Part shown: one piece after another, positions 14,642 to 29,707 of the stretch
Layout: each line of letters begins with the position of its first letter
Numbering within the stretch: position 1 is the first letter of the stretch
Source: Eledone cirrhosa
Lineage: Eukaryota
NCBI GenBank assembly: GCA_964016885.1
Contig: OZ024743.1
Span: 40,982,001-41,046,000 of the forward strand
Direction of reading: 5' to 3'
DNA: 64,000 nt
Notes under the pieces: generated by a model
Told to the model about the DNA's origin: nothing
The model's database searches: none
What the model saw: only the letters and a program-made list of their open reading frames with translations
Translations under genes and position numbers: made by a program

Positions 14642-15140
14642 GAACAGAAGACTACTTTAGATTGTGATTGTGTGGGAATTATCAGACCAGTGTTCTCCGT
14701 CTGATTATATTCTCTTATGATGTGAACAGTAAAAGATTCATGGCTATAAAAGATTCTCGAATTCTTTTGTGAAACTTAAATAGTTTTATAACAGACCGAT
14801 ATACTTACATATATATATATGCACATATGCACATATATGCATGCTTCCATGTTAAGGTTGCCACACAAAAGAACATGCATGTGCGTCTCTGCCTCCTCTC
14901 TCCCCCTCTCCCTGTACACATATATATATATATATAAATAATTATACACATATATGCGTATACACACACACACACACACACACAGAAACATATATATATA
15001 TATATATGTATATATGATTATATATATATATATATATGTGTGTATGTGTGTGTGTGTATTTCATAGGTATCACCCCTCTGTCTGTCTCTGTCCCTTTCTT
15101 TACATCTCTCCGTCTCTCTATATATGAATAATAATTATAC

Positions 15141-15200
<60 letters not shown>

Positions 15201-15767
15201 AGTGCATGCTTGTAAACGTGTTAAATAACCCGAATAGAAACCTAGCATAAGTTACATTTATTAATGTATTAACATAGTGAATATATTTAGCTAACGCAGG
15301 CCTCTCACTCATCTCTCTAAAAATAGACTGTACATCATATACCGCTTCTATTATGTTGTGCTCACGTGACCTCCACAACCCTCTAACTTAGTTTGCAGCC
15401 ATCCATCTTATTATCAACATCACTGAAGTCTCGTCTCAAGATTTAACATCATCTTATTATTTTCGCTTTCTTTCTTCCAACATGGCTAACGTGTGACCCA
15501 CTGTAGCTTGTTATGTCACTTTTCCTTTCTACGTCTACCGTTTTGTTTTTTATTTGTGTATTTAGCCAAAAGGTATCAATGTTTTATACGATCGCATTTT
15601 GGTCTCTTAATTTCGTTATTGCAGTTCCATAAGCACTGGTTTGCTTGCTGCCAATATTCGAAGCTCAGAAATCATAAAGATCTCCAGTAGTTGGCGAACT
15701 ATATGCATCCGTGTTTTTTTTTCATCTATCCCTTTCGAGTGTGCTTATATATATATATATATATATA

Positions 15768-16044
<277 letters not shown>

Positions 16045-16097
16045 GTAAGTATGTATGTATACGTACATACATATATATATACAGACGTACAGTAGCA

Positions 16098-16179
<82 letters not shown>

Positions 16180-16469
16180 CAGGTACACATACATATATGT
16201 ACGTATCAGTTTAGCGGACGTTTATTAGAACGCCCGCTTTGTCCGTTTGTAAACAAACTGACAGCCTGAATTTATGCCGTACGGTGTTAAGGCAACCACG
16301 TCACCTTTTTGTTCAACACTGACACAGGAACGATGTACTAGTTTCAAGCTTCTTGCATGCTACTGTACGTCTGTATACATATATGTATGTACGTATACAT
16401 ACATACTTACATTTAAGTAAGTGCCGTACTAAGAGTGAGAAATGAAATTTCGTTTTCATTTTATTACAA

Positions 16470-16516
<47 letters not shown>

Positions 16517-16984
16517 GAAAATGACTTTTTATGTTTCGGACACTATGGTCTGTGTGAATGATTGTCTGAGAATGGACATGTGTGTTATTTTCGCATATAT
16601 TTACGTGGTTCTATAAATGCATTTTTACATATATATGTGTATTTTTATATATGTATGGGTATATACAATAGCAAAAACATTTCGCTTATCGGTTTGGGTT
16701 TTAGCCTGATGATCGTAGGTTCCAGTGTTCGATTTTAACACCGACTTGTGTCATAAAGTGAACACATTTCCCATTGCAATAAATTGTAAACGTAACTGAA
16801 AGTGCCAGCCTTGTTCCACTTTGTTTTATACTGTATACCCATATAATATGTTTAGTTACAATAGACATTTCCGTCGATTGAATTATTTGAAACATTTATC
16901 AACGAAACATACGCGGTTCCACCAAACAGTCATATCCCAGCTCATACACATAACGACACATTACATCTAAATAAGTTATTTTAC

Positions 16985-17108
16985 CTGTTACTGTGATACC
17001 AGCCATACGCTGGAACTGCCTGATTGCATCTTCCATTGACTTATCAGTCCTCAGATTTCCAGTTTCAGGACTTTGTGGTGTGAGGTAGCCAAACTGTGAA
17101 AGATAATC
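16985..17108 (-). CDS. internal exon of a matrix metalloproteinase (M10A/matrixin) gene, pro-domain (PG-binding-like helices)
   Basis: Polypyrimidine acceptor TTTCTCTTGTTTCTTTGTAG, then 124 bp open: DYLSQFGYLTPQSPETGNLRTDKSMEDAIRQFQRMAGITVT-G, then donor GTAAAA. YLxxFGYL...AIxxFQxxAGxxVTG is the MMP pro-domain signature. Not in the ORF track. Confidence 0.88.
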
Positions 17109-17407
17109 CTACAAAGAAACAAGAGAAATTCGAATATTTATGACTTCAGATTTCGTACAAGTAGAAGGCGCGCATTATAATAGGGACAAATCTAGGCATA
17201 TGACCAGTAATTTGAGTGAGGCCAATTCGAGTAAACAGAGACCAGTACCTAACTGCTCCTTTATTTTAGCGACCCCAGATTAGTTAAAGACGTGGAAGGC
17301 AAAGAGAACAGCGATTATCAAATCATTTTCTGACACTTTCATAATTCACTCAAGTAGCCATATAAAAACAACATCAACGATAATAATAATAGTAATAATA
17401 ATAATAT

Positions 17408-17868
17408 TAATGATTTCTAGTATAGGCCAGTAATTTGGGGGTAGGGGAAAGTCGATTAGATCGACACCATGGTGTTACTGGTACTTTATTACATCGACCC
17501 CGTAAGGATGAAAGGCAAAGTTAACCTTTGCGGGATTTGAACTCAGAACGTAAAGGGCCGTAACTCTATGCTGCAAAGCGTGGTGTCCGACTCTCTACCG
17601 ATACTGCTAATCCAATGGTTTCTGATTTAGGCATGAGGCTGATAATTTTTGGGGGAGGGGAAATTCAATTAAATCGACCCCAGTGCAACATGGTACCTAA
17701 TTTTATAGACCACGTAAGGATGAAAGGCAAAGCTAACCTCGACAGAATTTGAACTCAGAATCTAAAGGGGTGTAACCCTATACCATAAAGGACGTTGTCC
17801 AACGCACCATCAATGTTGCCATTTCACCGAATATTAATTGTTTCTACTTTTGGGCACAAGGCCAGCAT
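17408..17868 (-). mobile_element. two tandem family A SINEs plus a third tail fragment
   Basis: 17408-17614 and 17615-17830 each carry the core and box B (ATTTGAACTCAGA on +); tail only at 17835-17868. Confidence 0.85.
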
Positions 17869-17916
17869 TTATATAATGTGAAATGAAACGGGAAGGCCCA
17901 TATATATACGTATGTG

Positions 17917-17967
<51 letters not shown>

Positions 17968-18503
17968 GTGTGCGTGTGTGTGTGTGTATATGTGAGTGTC
18001 TGTGATCAATAGACACACGCATATATACACACATATATATATATATACACAGTCACTCAAATGTATATATATATATACAAAACAACGCCACCAGCTCTCT
18101 CTCTCCCTCTCTCTCCCATCCCCCTTATAATAATTCCCCTTCTAATAATAACAATAGAATAACTGTTAATGCGTGTATAAGCGAGTAAAGTTAGGTACAT
18201 ATTATAGTTGATTATAACAACCCCAGTACTTGATATGTACACATTTTATTAACATTAAAATTGTAAATGGCAAATTTACACCAATGGGGAAATGAAACTA
18301 TTATGTTAAAGAGATACGATGTGATTTCGGACATTCGGAAAATAAACGTTTATCGAAAATAGAGTATAATTACTGAAGAATATGTAATTCAGTGAAATAT
18401 TTTGTCGGTGCTTTGGCCACAATTTGGCCATAGTTTAACATATTAATGACTGAAACGGGTAAAAAACAATCTCTCTCTCTTTCCATCTCTATCTATCTAT
18501 CTA

Positions 18504-18553
<50 letters not shown>

Positions 18554-18555
<2 letters not shown>

Positions 18556-18633
18556 CGGTGTCCGCAAAAATGTATACACGTGTTTATTAGAATGCTGTTG
18601 ACGTATGTATATATTTTTGGGGGACATCCTGTA
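18554..18633. mobile_element. tiny Tc1/mariner-type MITE
   Basis: Imperfect TIRs ACGGTGTCCGCAAAAATGTATAC / GTATATATTTTTGGGGGACATCCTG followed by TA; CAGGGTGTCC-type termini. Confidence 0.6.
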
Positions 18634-18945
18634 GATATATGTAGGAGAGACTCTGAAACATTAAAACTCTTTTCCAGCTACATCAAGCGTTAAAATACAA
18701 TACCGCCGTTCTATACAATAAAACAGACATATTTCTCTGTATACGGATTTAATACTTTGTTCTATGAGGTTGAATATATTGATTTTCTGACCGATATTAA
18801 GCTAAATAATAAGACACTAGGATATAAAGACATGGTAGGGATATTTATTAAAATACATTTTACATTCATATGCTTACTTACATACACAGGCGCACGCACG
18901 CACACACACACGCACACACGGCTCACACATGCACACACACACGCG

Positions 18946-19007
<62 letters not shown>

Positions 19008-19057
19008 AGTATGTATGTATACGTACATACATATATGTATACAGACGTACAGTAGCA

Positions 19058-19121
<64 letters not shown>

Positions 19122-19313
19122 TACATACAGGTACACATACATATATGTACGCATCAGTTTAGCGGACGCTTATTATAGCGCCCGCTTTGTTCGTTTGTAA
19201 ACAAACTGAACAGCCTGAATTTATGCCGCACGGCATAAGTAAGCGCCGTACTAAGAGTGAGAAATGAAATTTCGTTTTCATTTTATTACAACTCATTATA
19301 TATATATATATAT

Positions 19314-19699
19314 ATAGTGAAAGAGTGAAGAATAATGTGGTCGGCTGTACAGAAAGGGTTTTATTTACAGTATTAACAATTATTTCACTGATCAGGTGAG
19401 TCTAAAGGCCGCCAATCACTCGAAGTTGCGTCACTCGACTTTAAATACAGTGTGTGTCTCTGATCAATGAAACAATTCTTAATACTGTAAATAAAACCCT
19501 TTTTGTACAGCCGACCATGTTATTCTTCACTATTTCACTATTATTACTCCAAGAATAACCCGCATGGGAATTCTCGCAAACTCGCTACCTAACTAATGAA
19601 ACATCTTGCTGAGTCTAACAATGCCGTGCGTTAAAGCTATCCATAGTACAGAGTACTCACAGCCTCTAACTGGATTACCTAAAACGATAACTTGTTATC

Positions 19700-19701
<2 letters not shown>
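19314..19701 (+). mobile_element. fold-back element in (TA)n, family H2, copy 1
   Basis: ~80-bp inverted arms 19314-19395/19460-19541 plus 160-bp tail; homologous to 53951-54220. Confidence 0.75.
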
Positions 19702-19734
<33 letters not shown>

Positions 19735-19772
19735 GAGAGAGAGGGAGAGAGAGAGAGAGGGAGAGAGAGAGA

Positions 19773-19828
<56 letters not shown>

Positions 19829-19888
19829 CCGAGGACCTGAGTAAACCTAAGTTGTAAAGGTACTCAATATATTAATAGAGTTTAACCA

Positions 19889-20180
19889 TCATTGCCTTTC
19901 ATCCTTACGGGGTCGATAAAGTAAAGTACCAGTATTATACTGGGTATTTGCTGGCCTTGTGCTAAAAGTATAAACAATTATTTGATAGAGAGACGTTGGA
20001 TTGGTAGTGTCGGTAGGGCATCAGACACCATATTTTTCAGCAGAGAGTAATGTCCCTTTACGTTCTGACTTCAAATTTCACTGACTTTAACTTTGATTTT
20101 CATCCCTACAGGATCAAAAAATAAAGCACCAGTAATGAACTGGGGTAATTGCTGACGTGAGCCAAAAGTAGAAACAATTA
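19889..20180 (+). mobile_element. tandem family A SINE pair (first one 5'-truncated)
   Basis: Core TTGCCTTTCATCCTTACGGGGTCGATAAA at ~19892; complete head-core-tail at ~19995-20180. Confidence 0.8.
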
Positions 20181-20303
20181 TTTAATATAGAAATGGCTTC
20201 TACAGGCTAGAACTGTTTCATTCGTATGACAACATCAAGATTGCGCTGAAATCATCAGGCATTCCTGCTGATTTTATGCTAAATTCTAGTCCCGTAGAAA
20301 CCA

Positions 20304-20338
<35 letters not shown>

Positions 20339-20475
20339 TGGCACGATTGTTGTACTGTAGAATGCTATACCAATCATTTAATACAGTTGATTCAAATTGT
20401 AAATTAGCAAGAGATGTTGATATTAATAGCCAGAGAAATACTTAATTTTAGAGTTTTGTAATTCAAGGATATGTG

Positions 20476-20598
<123 letters not shown>

Positions 20599-22036
20599 CG
20601 GTGGTTTCTACTAAAGATGATAAAGTGAAGTTATTGTATGCAAGGAAGTTACGGTTCATGTATACTTTAATATGCAATGTTTGCCAATTCACTCACTGTT
20701 AAATTTAGAATTATAAAAGATGATCGTTCAGTTATATACGGGAGCCAAGTCTGTTGGAGCAGTTGTCAGGCATGTCACGTTAGAATAAACAGAAGATAAA
20801 ACGTCTCCGTTGAAGAGATAATGTTAGCTGTTAAAATCTATGTATATTTGTATGACAGCTAATGAAGCCTGGTTTTCAAATGTACACACGTGCCAGAAAT
20901 ATACAACCAACGAACAGTAGTAGAAACAGCTTTTTCAAATAGTAATTTCTAAATAGAAATTATCATCAACTATTTCATAATAAAGTCTGATATTTCTTCA
21001 TGTACTAGCAACAGCCTGGAGAATACGGCATCAGGGGCAGCCCAGGCTTGAATACCAGAAGATGTGATAATTTTGACTATACATCGATAGGTTTATCATC
21101 GGTCCCTTGGCAGTAGAAATATATGCCATTCTGGGTTTAACAAATTCCGATTTTTTGCTACAATCGGGATGGAGATAGTCATCCACTAATAGACTTTTGA
21201 CGAGTAAGATGATTCGTTTAGCTTACTTCCCACGCCATCATTCAGAATAACGCATTCACCACTCTGATGTTTTGAAAAGGAAATGAAGTGAGACTTTACA
21301 TAAGACATTATGCTGATTAGAGAAATCCCATATATACGATAACTCAAACGTTAGACAACGTTGAAAACATGTTTAGCAACGTCAATTGATTTCTATTTTA
21401 AGGGTTACCGTGTTTGATCATTGGAAGATCCTACTCTTAATCTCACTGTAGTTTACTTAAGTTATCTTAAAGTAAATCTCATGGATATTCAGCGTCTCAT
21501 ATTGGGTGTCATATTGGGTGACAAGCATGATTCTTTCAGGTACAATTACAATCCAACCAACGTGCTTCTAAACAGTTTCCCACCTAACAATGTCTCTCAC
21601 AATGCGTAGAAGGATCTGGGGATATAGGAAATAGCATTGACCGAGATAACAGACACTAGAATCGAACCCAGAATTACAATGATTATAAATGATCTCCTAA
21701 TTCATCGGAATCATTCGTGCATGTATTAACCAGTTTAAATCATAGAGTAAATTCGACGATTCTGTCAAGCGAGGTAATTTCATTCTAACTTCAATATATT
21801 TCCCTTCATTAACGCCAAACATTTTATGAATAAAATAAAGCACAGTTGTTCTATCAGGGTTTAAAATAATATCTTCGGACAGGAATATTTACTACAACCC
21901 GTGGCCTGTTGGGTCACATTCACTTCAAAATGTTTTTATTAAAATCATGTTCACTTAAGAAGAATTTTTAAATAATTAAAATATACACCGACATGTATAT
22001 AATGTGAAATGGAACTGGAAGGCCCATATATATACG

Positions 22037-22084
<48 letters not shown>

Positions 22085-24544
22085 TGTGTGTGTGTGTGTG
22101 TGTATGTGTGTATGTGTGTATATATGTGGGTGTCTGTGATCTATAGACACACACATATATACACAAACATATATATATACACACTCACTCAAATAAATAT
22201 ATATATACAAAACAACGCTACCAGCTCTCTCTCTCTCTCTCTCCCATTACCTCTCTCCGTCTCCTCTCCCTCTCTCTATGTCTCTACTTCAATCTATTCT
22301 CTCGCAACCGCTATCACTTTCTCTCTATCTTTCTCCCTGTTCATGAAGTTACTCGGAAAAAACCCATATCTCGGGAGACCGTCCTCGGATTTACCGAAAC
22401 TTGTTTTATTCCATTTGTATCCCCAGTCAACTTCCTTTCAAAGTGTTTTTCCATTATGCGCCCTTTTGGGTTTATTACATTACAGACAAGCAAGCAATCA
22501 CAGAGTATTAGTAGTATATAGATTATATCTAGACCAGTTTAGAAATGGTTTGGGTGTAATGTAATAGGTAAGATATACAATTGAAAGGAATGGGCCACCA
22601 GTTACAATATGACGTGTATCAGATACTCGATCCAGGGAATAATCTATTCGTAACAAGAACGTGAATGTCGATAAATTCTGAGAACAATGAAATGAACTAA
22701 ACACATAAAATAATTCTCTCATCGGCTGCCCGTCAATGAATTATTCCGATTTCGACACGCTCCTTTTTGCTTTCTTGTATATATATATAAAGAGAAAGAA
22801 GGGAGAGAGAAAGAGATAGAGAGGAAAGATTGAGTGAGAGAAGTAGAGGAAGAGGCCAGTTAGATACAGAGGAAGATCGATACATACGAATATATTCTAG
22901 CACGAACGAGAGAATAAGAATCAAAATTTGTTTATTTACAGCATGGATTTACTAAATGTAGAATTTCTATTTAATAATGAAGCAACACAATATTGTTATT
23001 TTCATTTTTATTACTTTTTATGTTATTCGTTTTTTATTAGGAAGTCAAGGAAAATAATCTGAAACTTGACCTTATTCACTCAACAAAATATATTTATACT
23101 TTCACAGATGGTCATATTCAACGAACAATCTTCTCTGACAACCTCACTCGCTCAACATCAATCTAATGCACACGCCTTACGTGTATAGAACCAAATTTAG
23201 AGACAAATATATCTTGCATAGGTTTTTGAATGAATGTTCAAAGCAAGTTTCAGAATAGCCAGATAAACATAGATGTAAGCCTAAGGGGGAACTCAGAATT
23301 TTACTTATAAGGAAACACTTAAGTCACATTTGTATAAATATAAAAGTAGAACGAAAAATGTTACCTATTAGCCTCCTCCCTAACTATTTTTGGATAGGAG
23401 GAGATTATAGAATATATAATAATTCGAGACTGTCTTATTGGAAACATCTGTAAAATACATTGATTAGAGGGGAATACGTGCATGGATTTAAGCCGAAGCT
23501 TTTAAAAAGATCAATAAAACCCTCCAGTCTATTCAGTAACAAGTCAGAGTAAAAGACGTATAGTGTCGCTCTTCTGCCAAATCTTACCGTTCAATCGATC
23601 TTGAAATATGCAGCATATGTAGCAGCAAGTTCTTGCAGTCGCTTTAAGGATACCTCATAAGAGAAATACAATTTAAACACTGTTAGCTTTTAACCTATTT
23701 TTCTTTTATGTTTTATTATTTCTGTTCTTCCAGCGATTAGGAGCTAGTTGTTGAACCCGTGTGGTTATGAGATTAACAGTGTGCAAATATGTTTGTATGT
23801 AGTTAAGACGTCGCTTGGCAGTTATGTGTTTTTGATTCAATTCACATTTGCAGTAGTGATTAGAAGTTGATACTTGATCCCACGTTAGGATATTTCTTAT
23901 CTGAGTGTGGTTGTTGGATTACGTCAGTGCAAGCATGTTATTATGTAGGTAGGATATTGTTTTGCATCAACGTGGTTTTCATTTCAATCCTAATTTACGG
24001 CACATGAAGTCTATTCTCTAATTAGTTCGAAGAAAAGTTGAACAGATATGTCAAATATCACAATTCAATTGAATTTGTAACATATAAAATATGTCAGTAG
24101 GTTTTTATAGTAGCTTTAATGATACCATAAAAGAAAACATATTCTAAGCAGTTTGATTTCATCCTATATTTTATAATTCTTTACATTCTTTCTATTTCCT
24201 TAGCGATTGTGTGCTAATTCTTGTACCCACATACAAAACGTTTCTCAAGATAATCTGCTGTAGAATTGTCAGTAGAAAAGCACTATATGGTTAAGACGTC
24301 GGTCATTATTAGTGATGTCTTCGGTCTAGTCCACAATTGTAGCAGCATCAGAAATGTTGTTAACAAAAACGCCGTGTCTAGTAGATTCCCGTTAAGGAAA
24401 TTAGTAGAACATCGGTAAATATTTATTGAAAGGAATGTTCATTTAGGTAGAATTTAGACTTAATACATCGTCGGTTTAGCAAAACTGTACAAAGATAGTG
24501 ACACAACCATGTATACACAATATGCAAGTATATCTCTATATGTA

Positions 24545-24905
24545 AGGGTGCTACACGTGAATGCTGAGGATAGCTCTGAACATTAATCAGTATACACTGA
24601 GAATGAAGAACTCAGAGTTGTACGGGAGCCTCCAAAAAGTCAGCTCGAGAGTGGGACAGAGGAGACTGAGGTTAGCTGGACATGCTCACCGACATCCAGA
24701 GTTGACACTGCACGTAGTGCTCCTGTGGGCGCCCTTGCATGTAAACACTGGAAGAAGAAGACCGAGGTTAACACAAGTTGATGTCCTAAGGGCAGATACT
24801 GATCTCTTGGAGACGCAGGATATGGCAGCGATAATGAGGGACAGAGACCTCTGGAGAGATTTCGTCCATGGATCTCGGGAATTTTATCCGCCCTAGATAG
24901 GGATG
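24545..24905 (+). mobile_element. RTE/RTE-X LINE 3' end
   Basis: ORF 24561-24896 MLRIALNI...NSELYG...RRLRLAGHAHRH...LLWAP...RRRPRLTQVDVLRADT...MRDRDLWR is a typical RTE-X C-terminus. Confidence 0.85.
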
Positions 24906-25639
24906 TATGGTAATTTAACACCACTACCGATTCCGTCTAACAAATGTTCATCACAGAGCATTGGATCAACTGGCAAGGATAGTAATAGGCACATGAACAA
25001 AGTACTATGTTGTGAAGCAGGATCAGAAATCATGTTGCCACAAAGAATACTTCTAAACACCACAGTCATACTTGCAATTTTATTTTAAATTTCCTTTTTA
25101 AAAAAAGAAACTTAAAACATATTTAAAAAAGTAACATCTGTTGTATGATTGTTGCAACTAAATATTTGTGAAGTTGCATTATTTCGCACGCTACATTCAT
25201 TTCTCCTCAAAGAGTTATGTCATTCATTAAGTCTAGTGAGACAGCATGTTTCCTTTCATATAGCCCTGGGCAAATGTCTGGCGCATGACCTTACAATTTC
25301 TGTCCTAGGCAAATATTAAATTATATAAAGAACACAAATATATCTCTATAATAAGTAGAATAATATAGACGTTAGGAATAATATAGATGTAGGAGGATTA
25401 TTTCGAACTGGCTGCTTGAACTACGAGAAATAGTAGCCAAATTTGCCTTATATCACACCACACCATCTAGGAAAATAGTAGGGTACATTGAATAATCTGC
25501 AATATGCTTTTAAAATTTAAGACGGCCATGTAGTGACAACCGTAATATGATATAGACTATGTCTGTTTAATTACGGTTGACAACAACTTTATAATACATT
25601 TTGAAATCCAAGATTATATAAAGTAAATAGTAAAGACCA

Positions 25640-25960
25640 ACTTCAGTGACGACAGGCCATGGAATTTGCACCTAGAAAGTTCTCCTCCGAGCAGGCCTGA
25701 GCAAGGTTGTTATTGGAAAACCGGTAGTCAATCATGTATACCGGTCTTCCCTCACCATTTCAGAGATGTTGTCCAAAGGAAAGGCAAAGACCGATATAGT
25801 TTGGCATCAGTGATGTCAAAAATCGTTTCTACTGGTTAGTAAGCTGAAGCAAATAAAGTATTTTTCTCAAGAACACAACGCCCCACCACGTCCGGGAATC
25901 GAACTCATAACCCCACAATTGCAATTCCAACGCTATACACACTAATCCACGAACGTTCAC
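25640..25960 (-). mobile_element. tRNA-derived SINE of another family
   Basis: Reverse-strand tRNA head (CCGGGAATCGAACTC = box B complement) with TTCTCAAGAACACAAC body typical of these SINEs. Confidence 0.6.
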
Positions 25961-27192
25961 ATTTTCTTCGTGTCAAACCCACACCATTCTTTCTGATATT
26001 TGTATGTGTGCATATAAATGTTTGTTTAAATTCAGATATACGTATAATGAGTTAGTGTGTGTGTGCCATTGTGTAGAGGTGTGTATGAGTTAATATATAT
26101 GAAGGAAGTGTTTGTATGCGTGTGCGTCTGTGTGTGTGGAGATACGAGTAAAGACCTATACGTACGCATTGCATCTAGCTATGTGGATGTTATTTGTATG
26201 ATAATTTGCTTTTTAAGAAGGTTGTGTCTAATTCGAGATAGATTGACTGCTATTTCTAGCAAGTCAATCATCAGTGTATTGATTTCATCGCTGACTCAGA
26301 ATTTTCAGTTTTGAGCCCCAAATCAAAATTGTCTATTCTTAAAACCGAAAATGAATCTGAACTAAAATGGCTGCCAGTTATTATGGAACAGAATGTAAGT
26401 AGTCTAAATATGTGAGTCTAAATACAGATGAAATGTCACGCTATGTTTGAAGTGTTGTTTTTACACAGTGTGTTAATGTATCATAAATATTACTTTCTAG
26501 CCTGGATAGAAGTACGGATGATAAGGTTTTTCATGATCTTAGAATCTAATAACTTCTCAAACAGTGTAAAGGCTATGACCTTTGAAGCCCGATCTTATGA
26601 AGAGGTTGTGAATTTAGATCGATACGAGAAAATACCAAAGCATATATTTATCCCATTTGGGGTGAATTGATGAGAGAATAATGAAAAATCGATATATTAC
26701 CAGGAAAGTAGGAGTAAATCCGTGATCTTCCCTCATGCTGAATATCATGTGATTCCTCTCATTGATAACAAGATATGTTCATAGAATCAATAGAAGCAAA
26801 ACCCTTTGCTAAATTCACTTCAAACAATTCTTAATCGCAATTTTCTTGCTCAATATTGCTTAATTTACGCGTCATTTAGCTTCGATATAGCTGCACTTTT
26901 TATGTGAGATATAGATAATAAAGTTATTTTCGGGCTAAAATCGTTTCATATCTCCACCAATTAACATTAAAATATATCTCGTGTATCTCAGCAACTCTGC
27001 AATTTAGTAGCACTGTTACATTTACATCATGTATTTCTAAATTTATACATATATATGTATTTATATATATGTATATATATTCATAATAAATAAACACGTA
27101 TCTTTTTTAGCTAAAATTTTCAAATATTGGGCTGACTTACAGAGTCATTTATTGTTGTTATCAGGTTCTCTCTCTCTCTCTCTTTCTCTCTT

Positions 27193-27237
<45 letters not shown>

Positions 27238-27244
27238 AGAGAGA

Positions 27245-27294
<50 letters not shown>

Positions 27295-27406
27295 AATGAT
27301 GTTATTTTCATGGTCATACGTAGAAACATATAAATCGCATTAATATCTATTTTTGTATACTTATTCAAGCATACAACGAGTCAAGCACGTATATCTGATA
27401 TGAGTG

Positions 27407-27468
<62 letters not shown>

Positions 27469-27634
27469 TCTCTCTATCTCTCTCTCTCTGCTCCCCCTCT
27501 CTCTCTCGTTGTGTTGTGTTTTTTCTTAAAAATGATGGTTTGTAAGCAAGCTTCTGTTAACTAGTAAATATCAAATTCTTGATTACAGTATATATTCATA
27601 ACCAGTGGACACACACACTCACACATCCATCCAA

Positions 27635-27693
<59 letters not shown>

Positions 27694-28167
27694 ACCCAAG
27701 GCGTCTCTATTTGTCTGTTTCGTTATAATAATTATATATATATAAATGAATATTTACATATATATAAATGAATATATATATATACATATATATATAATCT
27801 GCTAACACCAGATCATATGTGTGGACGTGCGAGGGTAAATATTCCAAGCATCTGCTTTAATGTATTATATGATAGGAGATTAATTGGCATGGTGGCAGCT
27901 AATCTGCTTCATGATATATTTATTGAATCTATTCAAACAGAAATATTTGAGATGCTCTAATTGTGTCTGTAATGTAGCTCTATATCTGCGTATATATGTG
28001 TGCGTGTGTAAATGTTATTGCATGTGTGTATATGGTTGTATGTAAAAGTATTAACAATATTAAAAATGTTTTGCTTTGAGTTTTTTTAAACAAGCTCCAT
28101 ATTCCCCCTGTAATTCTAACATTAGGAATAAATATGAACATTCTTTTTTAATAAAATTGTCAAGCAT

Positions 28168-28431
28168 TATCAAGAGAAAATTTGTAAAACATTGTAAGAA
28201 CATGTCTAATTCCAAAATGTAGCATATTTAAAATGTAAATAGCTCTCAGGATCATTGCATACATATTGTATTATTGATTAAGAATATGTTTCAAGAATTA
28301 AATGGATGAGTTCAATAGTCAATCAATTAACCACCAGCGCAAGGAATTTATATTTATATTTTAAATATGCTACATTTTGGAATTAGATATATGTTCTTAC
28401 ATCGTATTCCAAATTCTACTAATTCTTGATA
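28168..28431. repeat. imperfect inverted repeat (MITE-like)
   Basis: TGTAAGAACATGTCTAATTCCAAAATGTAGCATATTT pairs with AAATATGCTACATTTTGGAATTAGATATATGTTCTTACA across a ~125-bp spacer. Confidence 0.7.
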
Positions 28432-28484
28432 TATTTAAGTATATTTCAATGGTGTTTTAATTTCATTATATATATAAATAACAG

Positions 28485-28922
28485 GGCGGTGGATTGGCAG
28501 TATCGGTAGTGGGCCGGACGCCATGCTATTCAGCATAGAGTTACGGTCCTTTATAATCTGAGTTCAAATCCCGTCGAGGTTAACTTTGCGTTTCATCCTT
28601 ACGGGGTCGACAAAATAAAGTACCAGTCACGCACTGTGGTCGATTTAATCGACTTTCCCCTCCCGCAAAATTGCTGGCCTTGTGCCTATATAAGAAACAA
28701 TTATATATATAAATAAATATATATATATAAAAGGCAGTGGATTGGCAGTATCGATAGAGGGTCGGACACCATGCTTTGCAGCAAAGAGTTAAGGCCCTTT
28801 ATGGTCTGAGTTGAAATCCCGCCGAGGTTAATTTTGCCTTTCATCCATACGAGGTCGATAAAATAAAGTACCAGTAATACATTGGTTAATTGCTGGCCTT
28901 CTGCCAAAAATAGAAACAATTA
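28485..28922 (+). mobile_element. two tandem full-length family A SINEs
   Basis: 28485-28702 and 28732-28922, each GGATTGGCAGTATCG...CTGAGTT(C/G)AAATCCCG...GGTCGA(C/T)AAAATAAAGTACCAG...AGAAACAATTA. Confidence 0.9.
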
Positions 28923-29422
28923 TATATATAAATAAATAAGTATATACACAAATACAATAACAATAAACACATATAAACACACACTTGTAAACAAAGATAG
29001 AATAGACAAACCAACAAAACACACAAACGCGAACACACACACCAAACATTATACACAAACGCATGAGCAGCGACGGAGACAAGAATAAATAAATAAATAA
29101 ATAAAATAAAAGTGGCGTAGACATTACAATATAATACAATACAATAACATAGGAGGGAACATAATAGTACCACTGATGTTTTTGCAGATGTGCAACGAAA
29201 GAACTTTGATAGACTATCAATATATTTAAATCCGTATTTTTTAACCGTTGGTCAATCAATGATTAACGTCGATTACCAAAAAAATTAACTATGGATATAT
29301 AAAAGATGCAGAAGCGAAAACTAACCAAACAGTGAGTGTGTTCTGTTATTATTTCTGGCAATATTAGTACAAAAATATGACCCTCCTCAAGTATAACAAT
29401 ATATATATAAATATATAAATAA

Positions 29423-29468
<46 letters not shown>

Positions 29469-29655
29469 CATTCAGGACCCCGACGGCTGAGCTCCTGTCA
29501 TTTCAACAGCTGTGATTGGATCTGGCTGTTGAAACGGCTGGAGCTCGGCCGTCGGGTCCCGAATTTTTCATATACGCATATCACTCTACTACCCCAAGAA
29601 TCGAGTATTCTGGTGTGTAATGATCTAACTGCTTTTTACTGTATCCATTCTGATT
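29469..29655 (+). mobile_element. hairpin element in (TA)n, family H1, copy 2
   Basis: Hairpin 29470-29564 (GACCCCGACGGCTGAGCTCC...GGAGCTCGGCCGTCGGGTC) then tail CACTCTACTACCCCAAGAATCGAGTATTCTGGTG, homologous to the reverse complement of 7211-7245. Confidence 0.7.

Positions 29656-29707
<52 letters not shown>

Noticed and set aside
22345-22770. Possible DNA-transposon interior (CATATCTCGG...CGGATTTACCGAAACTT motif)
   Set aside because: No termini or second copy identifiable in the window
28485-28580. tRNA gene
   Set aside because: Box A/B present but no cloverleaf; continues into the SINE core and tail
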